NCBI GenBank assembly: GCA_050942745.1
Contig: JBMNNX010000003.1
Span: 6,767 to 70,766, forward strand
From: Myxococcales bacterium
GTDB lineage: Bacteria > Myxococcota > Myxococcia > Myxococcales > UBA5297
Direction of reading: 5' to 3'
DNA: 64,000 nucleotides
Of this stretch, positions 28,875 to 37,981 are shown piece by piece. A program made the translations under genes and the position numbers. How positions within the stretch are numbered: the first letter of the stretch is position 1; every line of letters starts with the position of its first letter. The notes under the pieces are model-generated. The model made no database searches. It had not been told where the DNA came from and worked only from the letters and a program-made list of their open reading frames with translations.

Positions 28875-30872
28875 GTGAGCCAGACCTTCGCGCACCTCCC
28901 CACCCCCGTGCCCGCCGCGCGCCCGGCGCGCCCGCTCCTGGCCGCGGCCGCCGCCCTGGCAGCGCTGCTCCTCCTGGCGCCTTGGGCCGACGCGAACGCC
29001 GCGCCGCGCCCGCCAGCCTCGCTCGCCGCGATGGCCTCGGGCCAGATCTCCTTCGAAGGGCTCGACCTGAGCGACGACGAGCCCAAGCCCAAGAAGAAGC
29101 GCACGCAGCGCAAGGTGAAAAAGCCCAAGCGCGACTCGTCGCGCGAGACGGCCCGCACGCCCCCGGGCGGCAAGCTCGAAGAGAAGGCGGACGACTCCTC
29201 GTCGCAGCAGCAGCCGCCGGCGCTGCCGGGCCTCGGGATCGACCTGAGCGGCAGCAGCCCCGCGCCCACCGAGCAGCCGAAGCCGACTCCGCCTCCCGCG
29301 CCCCCCGCGCCGCCGCCGAAGCAGGCGCCGGTGATGACCTTCGACGCGGTCGACGTCTCGGGCAAGAGCGCCGAGCGCCAGCGGCTCGACGCGGCCGTCA
29401 ACCTCTTCAAGCAGAAGCGCTACGAGACCGCGGCGCTCGCCTTCTTCGAGGTGATCAAGGACCCGAAGATGGCCGAGCTGAAGGACGAGGCCGACTACAT
29501 GCTCGCGAAGACGCTCTATCGCATGGGCATGTACCACTCGGCGCTCAACGAGTTCAAAAAGCTGCTCGCCAAGGGTCCGTCGAACAAGTACTTCAAGAGC
29601 TGCCTCGAGTGGCTCTTCTACATCGCGCACAAGACGGTCAACGAGCAGATCGTCCTCGACACCGTGGCGCTCTACGCCAACGAGGAGTTCCCCGAGCGCT
29701 TCCGCTCCGAGTTCCGCTACCTGCTGGCGCGCTACCACTTCTATCGAGGCAAGGCGCTCGACGAGGTCGGCCAGGCCGAGGAGGCGAAGAAGAGCCTCGA
29801 CGAGGCCAAGCGCCTGGTCCTGATGGTGCCCAGGGACGACGCCTTCTACGCGAAGGTGAAGTACCTGGAGGGCGCCATCTTCTTCAAGGAAGGGGCCTTC
29901 GCCCAGGCGCTCGAGTCGTTCAAGGAGGTGGTGCGCATCAACAACCCGCGCACCAGCCCCAACGCCGACGCGCGGCTGCGCGAGCTCGCGTTCATGCAGC
30001 TTGCGCGCACGCACTACGGCCACAAGCAGAACCGCTACGCCATCTTCTATTACGACAAGGTCGCGCGCGGCTCCGACCAGTGGCTCGAGTCGCTCTTCGA
30101 GGCGAGCTGGGCGCACTTCCGCATCGGCGAGTACGAGCGGGCGCTCGGCAACCTGATCACCCTCTCCTCGCCGTTCTTCAAGGACGAATACTTCCCCGAG
30201 GCGCTCATCCTCAAAGCGGTCATCTACTACGAGAACTGCCGCTACCGCGAAGCGCGCGCCATCCTCGAGGAGTTCGAGCAGACCTACATGCCGGTGCACA
30301 ACGAGCTGGAGAAGATCACCGGCGCGAACACCGACGCCCAGGGCTACTGGGCCATCCTCGCCGAGGTGCAGAAGCGCAACCGCGAGGGCCGGCGCAGCAC
30401 GGGCCTGCTGCTCGAGCGCATCCTGAAGCTGGCGCTCACCGACAAGGACCTGAAGGCGGTCAACGATTCGATCCTCGAGCTCGAGGCCGAGATGGACTCG
30501 ATCCGCGAGCGCCCCGATCTCTTCAAGTACTCGGAGCTCGCCAAAGCGCTCAACGAGGAGATGAAGGTCGAGCGCAGCGGGCTGATGTCGAAGGCCGGCA
30601 TCCTCGCCAAGGCGAAGCTCGAGTTCGAGCTCGGCCAGCTCAAGGACCTGCTCGGCCAGGCGCTGCGCATCAAGTTCGAGACGAGCACGATGGAGAAGAA
30701 GTTCCTCGAGGACTCGCTCGCCTCGCCGGGCAAGGTCGAGGTCGTCAAGAAGTACAAGTACTCGGTCGCCGTCACCGACGAGCAGGTCTACTGGCCCTAC
30801 GAGGGCGAGTACTGGCGTGACGAGCTCGGCACCTACGAGTACACGCTAACCAAGGGCTGCAAGGCGAAGTAG
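28875..30872 (+). CDS. secreted Pro-rich / TPR-like protein, GltC (NfsC)-like
   Basis: GTG start 4 nt after the upstream stop. Signal-like LLAAAAALAALLLLAPWADANA. Pro-rich segment, then helical TPR-like repeats (LFKQKRYETAALAFFEVIKDPKM...YMLAKTLYRMGMYHSALNEFKKLL...). 665 aa. Confidence 0.7.
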   Translation: MSQTFAHLPTPVPAARPARPLLAAAAALAALLLLAPWADANAAPRPPASLAAMASGQISFEGLDLSDDEPKPKKKRTQRKVKKPKRDSSRETARTPPGGKLEEKADDSSSQQQPPALPGLGIDLSGSSPAPTEQPKPTPPPAPPAPPPKQAPVMTFDAVDVSGKSAERQRLDAAVNLFKQKRYETAALAFFEVIKDPKMAELKDEADYMLAKTLYRMGMYHSALNEFKKLLAKGPSNKYFKSCLEWLFYIAHKTVNEQIVLDTVALYANEEFPERFRSEFRYLLARYHFYRGKALDEVGQAEEAKKSLDEAKRLVLMVPRDDAFYAKVKYLEGAIFFKEGAFAQALESFKEVVRINNPRTSPNADARLRELAFMQLARTHYGHKQNRYAIFYYDKVARGSDQWLESLFEASWAHFRIGEYERALGNLITLSSPFFKDEYFPEALILKAVIYYENCRYREARAILEEFEQTYMPVHNELEKITGANTDAQGYWAILAEVQKRNREGRRSTGLLLERILKLALTDKDLKAVNDSILELEAEMDSIRERPDLFKYSELAKALNEEMKVERSGLMSKAGILAKAKLEFELGQLKDLLGQALRIKFETSTMEKKFLEDSLASPGKVEVVKKYKYSVAVTDEQVYWPYEGEYWRDELGTYEYTLTKGCKAK

Positions 30873-30904
30873 ACGCGCCCGGGGCCCGCGGAGGCTGCGT
30901 TCGA

Positions 30905-30940
30905 GGGGCGGAGGCCGGCAAGGCTTCCGCCCCTTGTTGC
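30905..30940 (+). terminator. probable Rho-independent terminator of the glt-like operon
   Basis: 8-bp perfect stem GGGGCGGA / TCCGCCCC (30905-30912 / 30926-30933), followed by TTGTTGC. Confidence 0.5.
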
Positions 30941-31222
30941 CTCCTCCGCGCCCACGCGTGTCAGGCCTTGCCGACCTCCACACGCGCTGCCCTCTGTCTA
31001 AGCCCCCACTCCTACGGCGCGCTGAGGCGCTCGCGGCGAGTACTCAGGTCGAGTGCGCGCCGTAGAAAGAGGGGGCTTACACGATGGCGGGCACGAGTCC
31101 GTCCGCGCGCCAGAAAGAGGGGGCTTGGGCAGAGTCGGCGCGCTGGAATGCCGCAGAAAAGCGAGTGCTGGGCCTGCTGGAGCCGACACGGCCACCGGTC
31201 AAGTCGGCCGGCCGACAGCTCG

Positions 31223-32560
31223 TCAGTAGCTCAGCGCCGCCTGGAGATAGACCGACCGCGCCGCGTTCGCCGCGCCGGTCGCGCGCGCGAAGCCGCCCGG
31301 CGAAAACCACGCGAACCCGGCTTCGAACGCGAGCACGCGCATCGGCTGCCAGCTCACGAGCAGGTCGAACTCGTTCCCCGCGAACGAAGGCGCGCTTCGG
31401 TCCTCCGCGCGCCGCAGCGCCGAGCCAGAGGCGTTGAACCACGCGTCCTTCACCGAAGCGATCCAGAACGCGTGGTACTCGGCCGTGAGCTTGACCTTGT
31501 CGCCAGGCGACAGCCCGAAGAAGAGCGCCGCTTCGCGCATGTTCTGCCAGCGGAACAGGTCGATGAGCCCGTAGGGCCCGTGCGTGCTGCCGAAGACCGG
31601 GGCGAAGCGGCCGAGCCTGCCGTCATTCGGATCCTCGTCGCCGGAGGCGTAGCTCAGCTCGAAGCCCAACCAAGGCGCCGCCGGAAGCTCCCGCACTGTC
31701 CACCTCGCGCCCAGCCGGCCGGCGTAGGCGAGCACCTGGTCGTTCGCGCGGTTGCCGAGCTGGAGCGCCGCCTCGGCCTCGTAGCCGAGGCGCTCCGAGA
31801 GCGCCGACCCGAAGAGCCGCGCTCCCGGCGTGATCTTCCTGGCCGAACCGATGACACCGTCCTCGCCCGTTATCGGCTTGGCCTCGTCGGCGCGCGCCTG
31901 CTGGCTCAGCCCGAGGACGAAGAGGTCCGCCGACGCGCCGAATCCCAGCCCGAGCGTCGAGAAGACGCCCCAGAAGTTCTCCCCGGCCTTCCACGTGTCG
32001 AGCTCGCGGTCGCGCACGACCACGACCCGGCCGGCAAATGCGTCAACTCTCCAGCGCTCGCCGTCGGCCCCGAGCCTCAGCATGTCGAAGGCGCGCAGCC
32101 GGTTGCCCCAGCTCGAGCAATCGACGAGCCGCTTCGAGCCGAGCGCCAGCTCCTGGCGCCCGATCCTCGCGAAGAACGGGGTCCCGAACGGCCGCCGAAC
32201 CTCGGCCCAGGCCTCGTGTACGTCGAGCGTCGCCTCGTCGCGCCGGTCAGCCGGCGGCGTCATCAGCTCCCGGGCATCAACCCCCTCGACGAAGGCGGAG
32301 GCGACGCCCCAGCTCAACGTCGCGCCTATCCGCGTGCGCAGGAGCAAGCGGTTCGGGTCCTCGGCGTTCGAACGGTCGAGATCGAGATCGCTGCGGCTCT
32401 CGAACCGGCTGCGCACTTCGGTGTGCGGCACCAGCCCGACCGGCCCGAGCTGCAGCGCGGCGGCATAGGCGGGGCGCGGCGATTCCTCGGCGCGCGCGGC
32501 GGGCGAGGTGAGCAGAAGAGCGACGAGAACGCCAGCGAGCTTTCCGAGTCGGGTTCGCAT
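31223..32560 (-). CDS. outer-membrane beta-barrel, alginate-export-family-like
   Basis: ORF 31223..32635; likely start is MRTRLGKLAGVLVALLLTSPAARA (ATG at 32560). Long amphipathic strand pattern. C-terminal ...YLQAALSY. The overall layout resembles alginate export (AlgE-like) proteins. Confidence 0.55.
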   Translation of the reverse strand: MRTRLGKLAGVLVALLLTSPAARAEESPRPAYAAALQLGPVGLVPHTEVRSRFESRSDLDLDRSNAEDPNRLLLRTRIGATLSWGVASAFVEGVDARELMTPPADRRDEATLDVHEAWAEVRRPFGTPFFARIGRQELALGSKRLVDCSSWGNRLRAFDMLRLGADGERWRVDAFAGRVVVVRDRELDTWKAGENFWGVFSTLGLGFGASADLFVLGLSQQARADEAKPITGEDGVIGSARKITPGARLFGSALSERLGYEAEAALQLGNRANDQVLAYAGRLGARWTVRELPAAPWLGFELSYASGDEDPNDGRLGRFAPVFGSTHGPYGLIDLFRWQNMREAALFFGLSPGDKVKLTAEYHAFWIASVKDAWFNASGSALRRAEDRSAPSFAGNEFDLLVSWQPMRVLAFEAGFAWFSPGGFARATGAANAARSVYLQAALSY

Positions 32561-32647
32561 AGGGCGGGCGATGTTGGCAGACGAGGCGTCGAAATCAACC
32601 TGTCCGCCCGGCGCAGGGCACGTGAAATCGTCCATGCCCTGGACCCA

Positions 32648-32795
32648 ACCGGTCAGCTCGAGCGTAGAGGCGACCAGCGAGAGCCTCGGCGTCGAGGGCG
32701 CCGCACATTCGCCTCCCTGCGTTGAAATGAGCCGAGACCTCCGGCGCCTCGCCGGTGAATTCGGAGGCTTTCCGGCTGCGCGTGAACCGGATCAG
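32648..32795 (-). repeat. diverged partial copy of MITE-like family B
   Basis: Shares GAGCGTAGAGGCGACCAGCG-GAGCCTCGG-GTCGAGGG...ATTCGCCTCC and a terminal CAGATTC with the reverse complement of the 40270 and 56336 elements. Overlaps the stop codon of the small OMP gene. Confidence 0.5.
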
Positions 32796-33229
32796 ATTCT
32801 CCAAGACAAGCGCGCGCCGATGATCCCGCTCGGCGAGAGCCAGCCCGCCTCCAGGCCAAAGCTCAAGTTCCCCGACCTGAGGCCAAAACCGATAGCGCCG
32901 TGCGCGCGGATGAAGTCGCCCTCGAACGACAGCCACGGCCCCGCGAGCCCTTCGATGTATACGCGCCCGCCGATGGGCACCGTCAGCGCGAGATCGAGCG
33001 GAATGCCGACGCGCTCGCTCCCGGTGGTCAGGAAAGCTCCGAACCGGCCGCCGACGAACAGGCGCTTGGCTATCGGCGTGTTCACCTGCAGGTCGAGATT
33101 GAAGAGCCCGCCGTGCTCGAGCCAGTAGTTCGCTCCGGCGCCCAGCCTCACCGCCGCAGACCCGTCCCGCGGCACGAGGAGCACGAGAGACATCAGGCCC
33201 AGCAGCCCCGCCAGCTTCACGCCATTCAT
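32792..33229 (-). CDS. small secreted beta-barrel-like protein
   Basis: ATG at 33229. Signal MNGVKLAGLLGLMSLVLLVP...SAA. Gly/aromatic alternating strands. 145 aa. Confidence 0.6.
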   Translation of the reverse strand: MNGVKLAGLLGLMSLVLLVPRDGSAAVRLGAGANYWLEHGGLFNLDLQVNTPIAKRLFVGGRFGAFLTTGSERVGIPLDLALTVPIGGRVYIEGLAGPWLSFEGDFIRAHGAIGFGLRSGNLSFGLEAGWLSPSGIIGARLSWRI

Positions 33230-33257
33230 CCTCTTCTCCTTGCCCTCTCTCGAGCGC

Positions 33258-33866
33258 CTATCCGGCCGCCGGCAGGTGCTCGACGAAATGCACCTCGACA
33301 AAGCCGAGGTTGGTCAACAGCTCCCGGATAGCGCGCTCGGCCGAGCGGCGCGCGCGGGCGCGCAGCTTCTCGTCGGCCTCGACCTCGCGCTCGAAGGCCT
33401 CGCGCGCCAGCTCGAACAGCCGCGCCGTCTCGATCGAGTCGAGGGTCGAGCCGATGATCTCGGTCTCCCCGGGCTGGAGCTCGACCTGCACGCGAATCGG
33501 CGGCAACACCACGAAGGCGCGCCGCCCCACCGTCTGCAGCCGGTCGGGGCCGAGCCGCTCGAGATCGAGCCCGAGGTGTGCCTTGGCGAAGACGATGGCC
33601 CTCGCCTGCGGCGCGCTCACCTTGTAGCGCATCCAGTTCAAGACATCGCCCCACAGCGAGCCGGTCGGCAGCGGATCGGGCGCGAAGTGCAGCTTCTTGT
33701 AGAGCGAGACCTCGAGCGTCTCGAGCCGCGCCACCTCGCGGATGCGCGAGACGACCGACGGGCCGTCGGGAGGCGGCGGCCGCGACTCGAGCTTGAAGAC
33801 GATCGCGAGGGCGATGGCCGCGCCGGCGAGCAGGCACACGGCGGCGAAGATGAGTTGTCGGCGCAT
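33258..33866 (-). CDS. membrane-anchored DUF4230-like protein
   Basis: ATG at 33866. N-terminal TM helix MRRQLIFAAVCLLAGAAIALAIV. LETLEVSLYK...AKAHLGLDLERL...VVLPPIRV...LLTNLGFVEVHF fits the DUF4230 layout. Confidence 0.55.
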   Translation of the reverse strand: MRRQLIFAAVCLLAGAAIALAIVFKLESRPPPPDGPSVVSRIREVARLETLEVSLYKKLHFAPDPLPTGSLWGDVLNWMRYKVSAPQARAIVFAKAHLGLDLERLGPDRLQTVGRRAFVVLPPIRVQVELQPGETEIIGSTLDSIETARLFELAREAFEREVEADEKLRARARRSAERAIRELLTNLGFVEVHFVEHLPAAG

Positions 33867-34245
33867 GCTCGCACTGTAGCCGAACCCGTCGCGAAGTCGC
33901 CGCGCGGGGCTCTTGCCGGCCGCGGGTCCGCGCCGCGCTCGCTCGAGCCGGGCTGCGCGCGGCTCCCCGCGACCCGATTCCGAGCTCGCCCTCCGGGCGA
34001 CCTCGCGCACTGCCCGAGGCTCGTCACGCTGACGAGCCGGCGCCTGTCCGGCCTCCTCTTGCGTAAGAAACCGCCCGCGGCGATGCCCAGGCAGCGTCGG
34101 CCGTCCCTTCCTTTCTGCCCTGCGGCCACGCAAGCTGCCGAGACGGCGGCTCTCCCTCCTCGGCCATACAGACCGCCGAGCGGTGGCCCTTCCTCCTCTT
34201 CTGGAACCGCATTGCGGTCGAGCGGAGGAGCCCAATCTTGATCGC

Positions 34246-35337
34246 ATGGGCGAGGGATTTCCCCCACCGACGACGCGCTGGCCGCGCTACCGGTACATCG
34301 TCGGCGCGGGCCTTACGCTGTTCGTCCTCTGGGGCACCTTCATCCTCCTGTCGCGGGCCGTCGAGGTCCTCTTCCTCACGCTCTTCGGCATCCTGCTCGC
34401 CTTCGTCCTCCACTATCCGGTCAAGTGGCTCGGGCGCCTGATGCCTCGCCCTCTGGCGGCCATCATCGTCGTGCTCGGCTCCCTGGGGCTCGTGGCGCTT
34501 CTCGCCTGGCTGGCCTACCCGAGCCTCGCCGCTCAGGTAGAGCAGCTCGTCCAGCAGGCGCCCGAGGCCTTCGCGCGGGTTCAGCGCTGGTGGACGCGCG
34601 CCCAGGCCGAAGTGGGCGCGGCCCCGGGCCCGCTCGGAGGCGTGGGCGAGCGCATCGGCGAGCGGCTCGGCGCCTGGCTCGGACGCATCGCGCCGACCGC
34701 GGTGGGCGGCCTCTTCGCCGTCCTCGCCGGCATCGTCTTCGTCATCGCCGTCGCCTTCTTCCTCGCGTACGAGCCCGAGGTCTACGTCCGCGGCATCGTC
34801 CACCTGGTGCCCTACGAGCAGCAGGACAACCTGCGCGCCTACTTCCTCAAGGTCGGCACGGCCATCAAGGGCTGGGTCGTCGGCACCCTCATCTCGATGA
34901 CCGCGGTCGGCGTACTCACCGCGATAGGCCTGCTCATCATCGGGCTCGACACCTGGCTGGTGCTCTCGGTTATCGCCTTCTTCGGCGAGCTCGTCCCGTA
35001 CGCAGGCCCGTTCCTCGCGGCCGTCCCAGGAGTCGCCGCGGGCCTGACGCAGGGCTTCGCTACCGGGCTGTGGACCCTCGTCGTCTACATCGCCGTCCAG
35101 CAGATCGAGGGCAACCTGCTGATGCCCATCGTCATGAAGCACGCGGTGGACATCCCGCCCGCGCTGCTCCTGTTCTGGCAGATCCTGCTGACCCTCTCGC
35201 TCGGCCCGCTGGCGATCTTCATCGCCACCCCGCTGCTCGCGGTCATCCTCGTCACCCTCGAGCACTTCTACGTGCACAAGACCCTCGGCAAGACGCCGGA
35301 GGCGGCCGCCAAGGGCCTGCGAGACGACATCCTTTGA
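34246..35337 (+). CDS. AI-2E family transporter (PerM/UPF0118)
   Basis: About 8 TM helices. Conserved FGELVPYAGPFLAAVP and QQIEGNLLMPIVMKH motifs. Confidence 0.85.
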   Translation: MGEGFPPPTTRWPRYRYIVGAGLTLFVLWGTFILLSRAVEVLFLTLFGILLAFVLHYPVKWLGRLMPRPLAAIIVVLGSLGLVALLAWLAYPSLAAQVEQLVQQAPEAFARVQRWWTRAQAEVGAAPGPLGGVGERIGERLGAWLGRIAPTAVGGLFAVLAGIVFVIAVAFFLAYEPEVYVRGIVHLVPYEQQDNLRAYFLKVGTAIKGWVVGTLISMTAVGVLTAIGLLIIGLDTWLVLSVIAFFGELVPYAGPFLAAVPGVAAGLTQGFATGLWTLVVYIAVQQIEGNLLMPIVMKHAVDIPPALLLFWQILLTLSLGPLAIFIATPLLAVILVTLEHFYVHKTLGKTPEAAAKGLRDDIL

Positions 35338-35466
35338 GATGCAACGCTGGCGGCTCCGCCGGCCTTGGGGCAGTCTAGGTGCCGAGCGCCCGCAATGCCG
35401 TCCGGCCGCACGAGGCGCGCTCCATCCCCAAACCGCGGCACACCCGCTTCGACCAAGGAGCAGTCC

Positions 35467-36939
35467 GTGAGCCAGAACATTACCGATCTCGAGCCCAAGA
35501 CCCTCTGGAAGTACTTCGACGAGATCTGCAAGGTCCCGCATCCCTCGAAGAAAGAGGGCAAGCTCCTCGAGTACCTCAAGCAGACCATCGAGAAGCTCGG
35601 CTACAAGCCCGAGCAGGACCAGACCGGCAACATCGTGGTGCGCAAGCCCGGCAGCCCCGGCCACGAGAACGCGCCGATGGTGCTCCTGCAGGGCCACGTC
35701 GACATGGTCTGCGAGAAGAACAAGGGCACCGAACACGACTTCGAGAACGACCCGATCCAGGCCTACGTCGATGGCGAGTGGATCAAGGCGAAGGGCACCA
35801 CGCTCGGCGCCGACAACGGCATCGGGGTCGCCGCCGCGCTCGCGCTGCTCGAGGCAAAGGACCTCGTCCACCCGCCGCTCGAGATGCTCTTCACCGTTGA
35901 CGAGGAGACCGGCCTGACCGGCGCCAAGGGCCTCAAGCCCGGGTTCCTGCAGTCGCAGACCATGATCAACCTCGACTCCGAGGAGGACGGCATCGTCTAC
36001 GTCGGCTGCGCTGGCGGCGGCGACACCGTCGGCCGCATGAAGATCGAGTGGGTCGACGCGCCGGCGGGCTTTGAAACCCTCGAGCTTAACGTCGCCGGCC
36101 TCAAGGGCGGCCACTCGGGCACTGACATTGACAAGGGGCGCGGCAACGCCATCAAGATCCTCGGGCGCGCCCTGCGCAAGATGCTCGCGCTCAGCGACGT
36201 GCACGTCGCCTCGTTCAAGGGCGGCAGCAAGCGCAACGCCATCCCGCGCGAGGCCGAGGCGCTCGTGCTCGCGCCCGCGGCCGACCTCGACAAGCTGACC
36301 GCGCTGGCCGCCGAGCTGACCGCGACCGTGCGCGACGAGCTCGGCACGGTCGAGCCCTCTGTCGAGATCAGCCTGCGCAAGGCGCCGGCCGCCCAGGGCA
36401 AAGTCATCGCGCGCCCGCAAGTCCAGCGCGTGCTCGACGCGGTCCTCGCCATGCCGCACGGCGTGCTGCGAATGAGCAGCGACATCGCCGGGCTCGTCGA
36501 GACCTCGACCAACCTCGCCACCCTGTTCATCGAGGGCGAGGAGATCGCCATCGGCACCAGTCAGCGCAGCCTCATCGGCTCGGCGAAGGCCGAGGCCATC
36601 GAGCAGGTCAAGGCCGTGATGCGCCTGGCCGGCCTCGCGCCCACCGTCGGCGAGGGCTACCCGGGTTGGAAGCCGAACATGAGCTCGCCGGTGCTCGCGC
36701 AGTTCGAGAAGGCCTACAGCGAGCTGTACGGCGATAAGCCCCAGGCGATGGCCATCCACGCAGGCCTCGAGTGCGGGCTCATCGGCGAGGTCTTCCCGAA
36801 GATGGACATGATCTCGGTCGGCCCGACGATCCTCGACGCCCACTCGCCCGACGAGCGGCTCCACATCCCGGCGACCGAGAAGTTCTGGAAGGTGCTCGTG
36901 AAGCTGCTCGCGCAGCTCGCTGAGCAGCCTGCGGCGTAG
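35467..36939 (+). CDS. pepD: aminoacyl-histidine dipeptidase (M20C)
   Basis: GTG at 35467 gives 490 aa. Collinear with E. coli PepD: LWKYFDEICKVPHPSKKE, GNIVVRKP, LQGHVDMV, DPIQAYVDGEWIKAKGTTLGADNGIG, INLDSEEDG. Confidence 0.9.
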   Translation: MSQNITDLEPKTLWKYFDEICKVPHPSKKEGKLLEYLKQTIEKLGYKPEQDQTGNIVVRKPGSPGHENAPMVLLQGHVDMVCEKNKGTEHDFENDPIQAYVDGEWIKAKGTTLGADNGIGVAAALALLEAKDLVHPPLEMLFTVDEETGLTGAKGLKPGFLQSQTMINLDSEEDGIVYVGCAGGGDTVGRMKIEWVDAPAGFETLELNVAGLKGGHSGTDIDKGRGNAIKILGRALRKMLALSDVHVASFKGGSKRNAIPREAEALVLAPAADLDKLTALAAELTATVRDELGTVEPSVEISLRKAPAAQGKVIARPQVQRVLDAVLAMPHGVLRMSSDIAGLVETSTNLATLFIEGEEIAIGTSQRSLIGSAKAEAIEQVKAVMRLAGLAPTVGEGYPGWKPNMSSPVLAQFEKAYSELYGDKPQAMAIHAGLECGLIGEVFPKMDMISVGPTILDAHSPDERLHIPATEKFWKVLVKLLAQLAEQPAA

Positions 36940-36968
36940 CGCGGGCTCGGACCATCGAATGGCAGTGG

Positions 36969-37001
36969 AGAGGGCCCCGGTGTCGGGGCCCTCTTCGATT
37001 C
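36969..37001 (+). terminator. probable terminator after pepD
   Basis: 11-bp perfect stem AGAGGGCCCCG / CGGGGCCCTCT with loop GTGT, followed by TCGATTCT. Confidence 0.55.
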
Positions 37002-37003
37002 TG

Positions 37004-37303
37004 GCCCTCCGACCGTTCGTCCTTGCCTCGAAGCGGAGTGCCGCCGCGCCTGAAAGCCCCCGCCTGTACGGCGCGCGGAGGGCGGCGCTCGTGCCCAGGA
37101 GATCGCTGCGCGCCGTGCGAGAGCGCGCGGCGCGGGTAGGTGCCACGATCTCAACTCCTGCCCTCCAACCGCCCGCCCTTGCATCGAGGCGACTCGCCGC
37201 CGCGCGTGAAAGCCCCCCTCCTGCACGGCGCGCTGAGGGCGACGTTCGTGCCCAGGAGATCGCTGCGCGCCGTGCGGGAGGGGGGGCGGGGGTAGGTGCC
37301 ACG
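37004..37303 (+). repeat. family C intergenic repeat, two tandem ~145-bp copies (period ~156 bp)
   Basis: Units 37004..37147 and 37160..37303 share GCCCTCC.ACCG...CTTGC.TCGA.GCG...GCCGCCGCGC.TGAAAGCCCCC..CCTG.ACGGCGCGC.GAGGGCG...TCGTGCCCAGGAGATCGCTGCGCGCCGTGCG.GAG...GGTAGGTGCCACG. Related copies lie at 37845..37928 and, inverted, at 56712..56822. Confidence 0.7.
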
Positions 37304-37505
37304 CCCCGCCACTCCGAATCCGGCGCTGGGGAGTCGAGCCGGTTGAACCCCTGCGTTCTCCGCCTCTCACGTGGCACCCCTTCGATGGCGACGATCAGCC
37401 GAGGTCCCGACCATCTTCAAGCGGGGGACGGTGACGTTCGGCGCCTCGTCGGGAGGGCCGGAACGCCGATCTGCGCGTCGGCTGGCACCTCGATGCACCG
37501 TGAAC

Positions 37506-37757
37506 CACTCCGATCTGTGGCTGCTGGTACCCGTTTGTGTACGGAGCCACTGATCTTTGCGTTTTTCTAAACGAAGAGGTTCCGAGATCCGCTCCGATCT
37601 GTGGCTGCGGCTACCCGTTGGTGTGCGGGAGCCACTGATCTTTGCGTTTTTCTAAACGAATAGGTTCCGAAGGCCACTCCGATCTGTGGTTCGCCTACCC
37701 GTTTGTGTGCGGGGTCACTGATCGTTGCGTTTTTCTGAACGAATAGGTTCCGAGGGG
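37506..37757 (+). repeat. three tandem ~85-bp units, each with a stem-loop plus T-run (candidate tandem sRNA genes or terminator array)
   Basis: Units 37506..37589, 37590..37674 and 37675..37757. Consensus: C.CTCCGATCTGTGGCTGC.G.TACCCGTT.GTGT.CGG.AGCCACTGATCTTTGCGTTTTTCTAAACGAA.AGGTTCCGA. Noticeably lower GC than the flanks. No unique spacers. Confidence 0.85.
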
Positions 37758-37981
37758 CCAGCCCTCGTGCTGGCCCGCGCGGACGGCCTGTCGTCGCAGG
37801 CATGAGGGGCCGGCACTCTGTACCGGCCGTCAGGCCGCCGAGACGGCGGCCCCTCCCAACTCTTGCCCCTCCAACCGTTCCTCCTCACCTCGAAGCGCAA
37901 AGCGGCAGGCAGCCTGTGCCTCGAGCGGGGTATAGTTCAGTCTCCGACTTTCGGGGCTCGACTCGGCGCGAGGAACCGCCC

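Noticed and set aside
28083-30299. 738-aa minus-strand ORF antisense to the glt-like genes.
   Set aside because: The sense-strand genes have signal peptides, paralogous motifs and tight coupling. The antisense product is Arg/Leu/Glu-rich with no features.
31221-31245. The GTAGCTCAG string resembles a tRNA D-arm.
   Set aside because: It lies at the 3' end of the alginate-export-like CDS (it encodes ...AALSY-stop on the minus strand). No acceptor stem or T-arm (GGTTCGAATCC-type) is nearby. I found no tRNA-like cloverleaf anywhere in the window by eye.
34024-37377. 1117-aa minus-strand ORF spanning the AI-2E transporter and pepD loci.
   Set aside because: Antisense to two well-supported genes, and its 5' part runs through the family C repeats. 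The composition is non-protein-like.
37506-37757. Possible CRISPR array.
   Set aside because: The whole 85-bp unit is repeated head to tail with no unique spacers, there are only three units, and there are no cas genes in the window.
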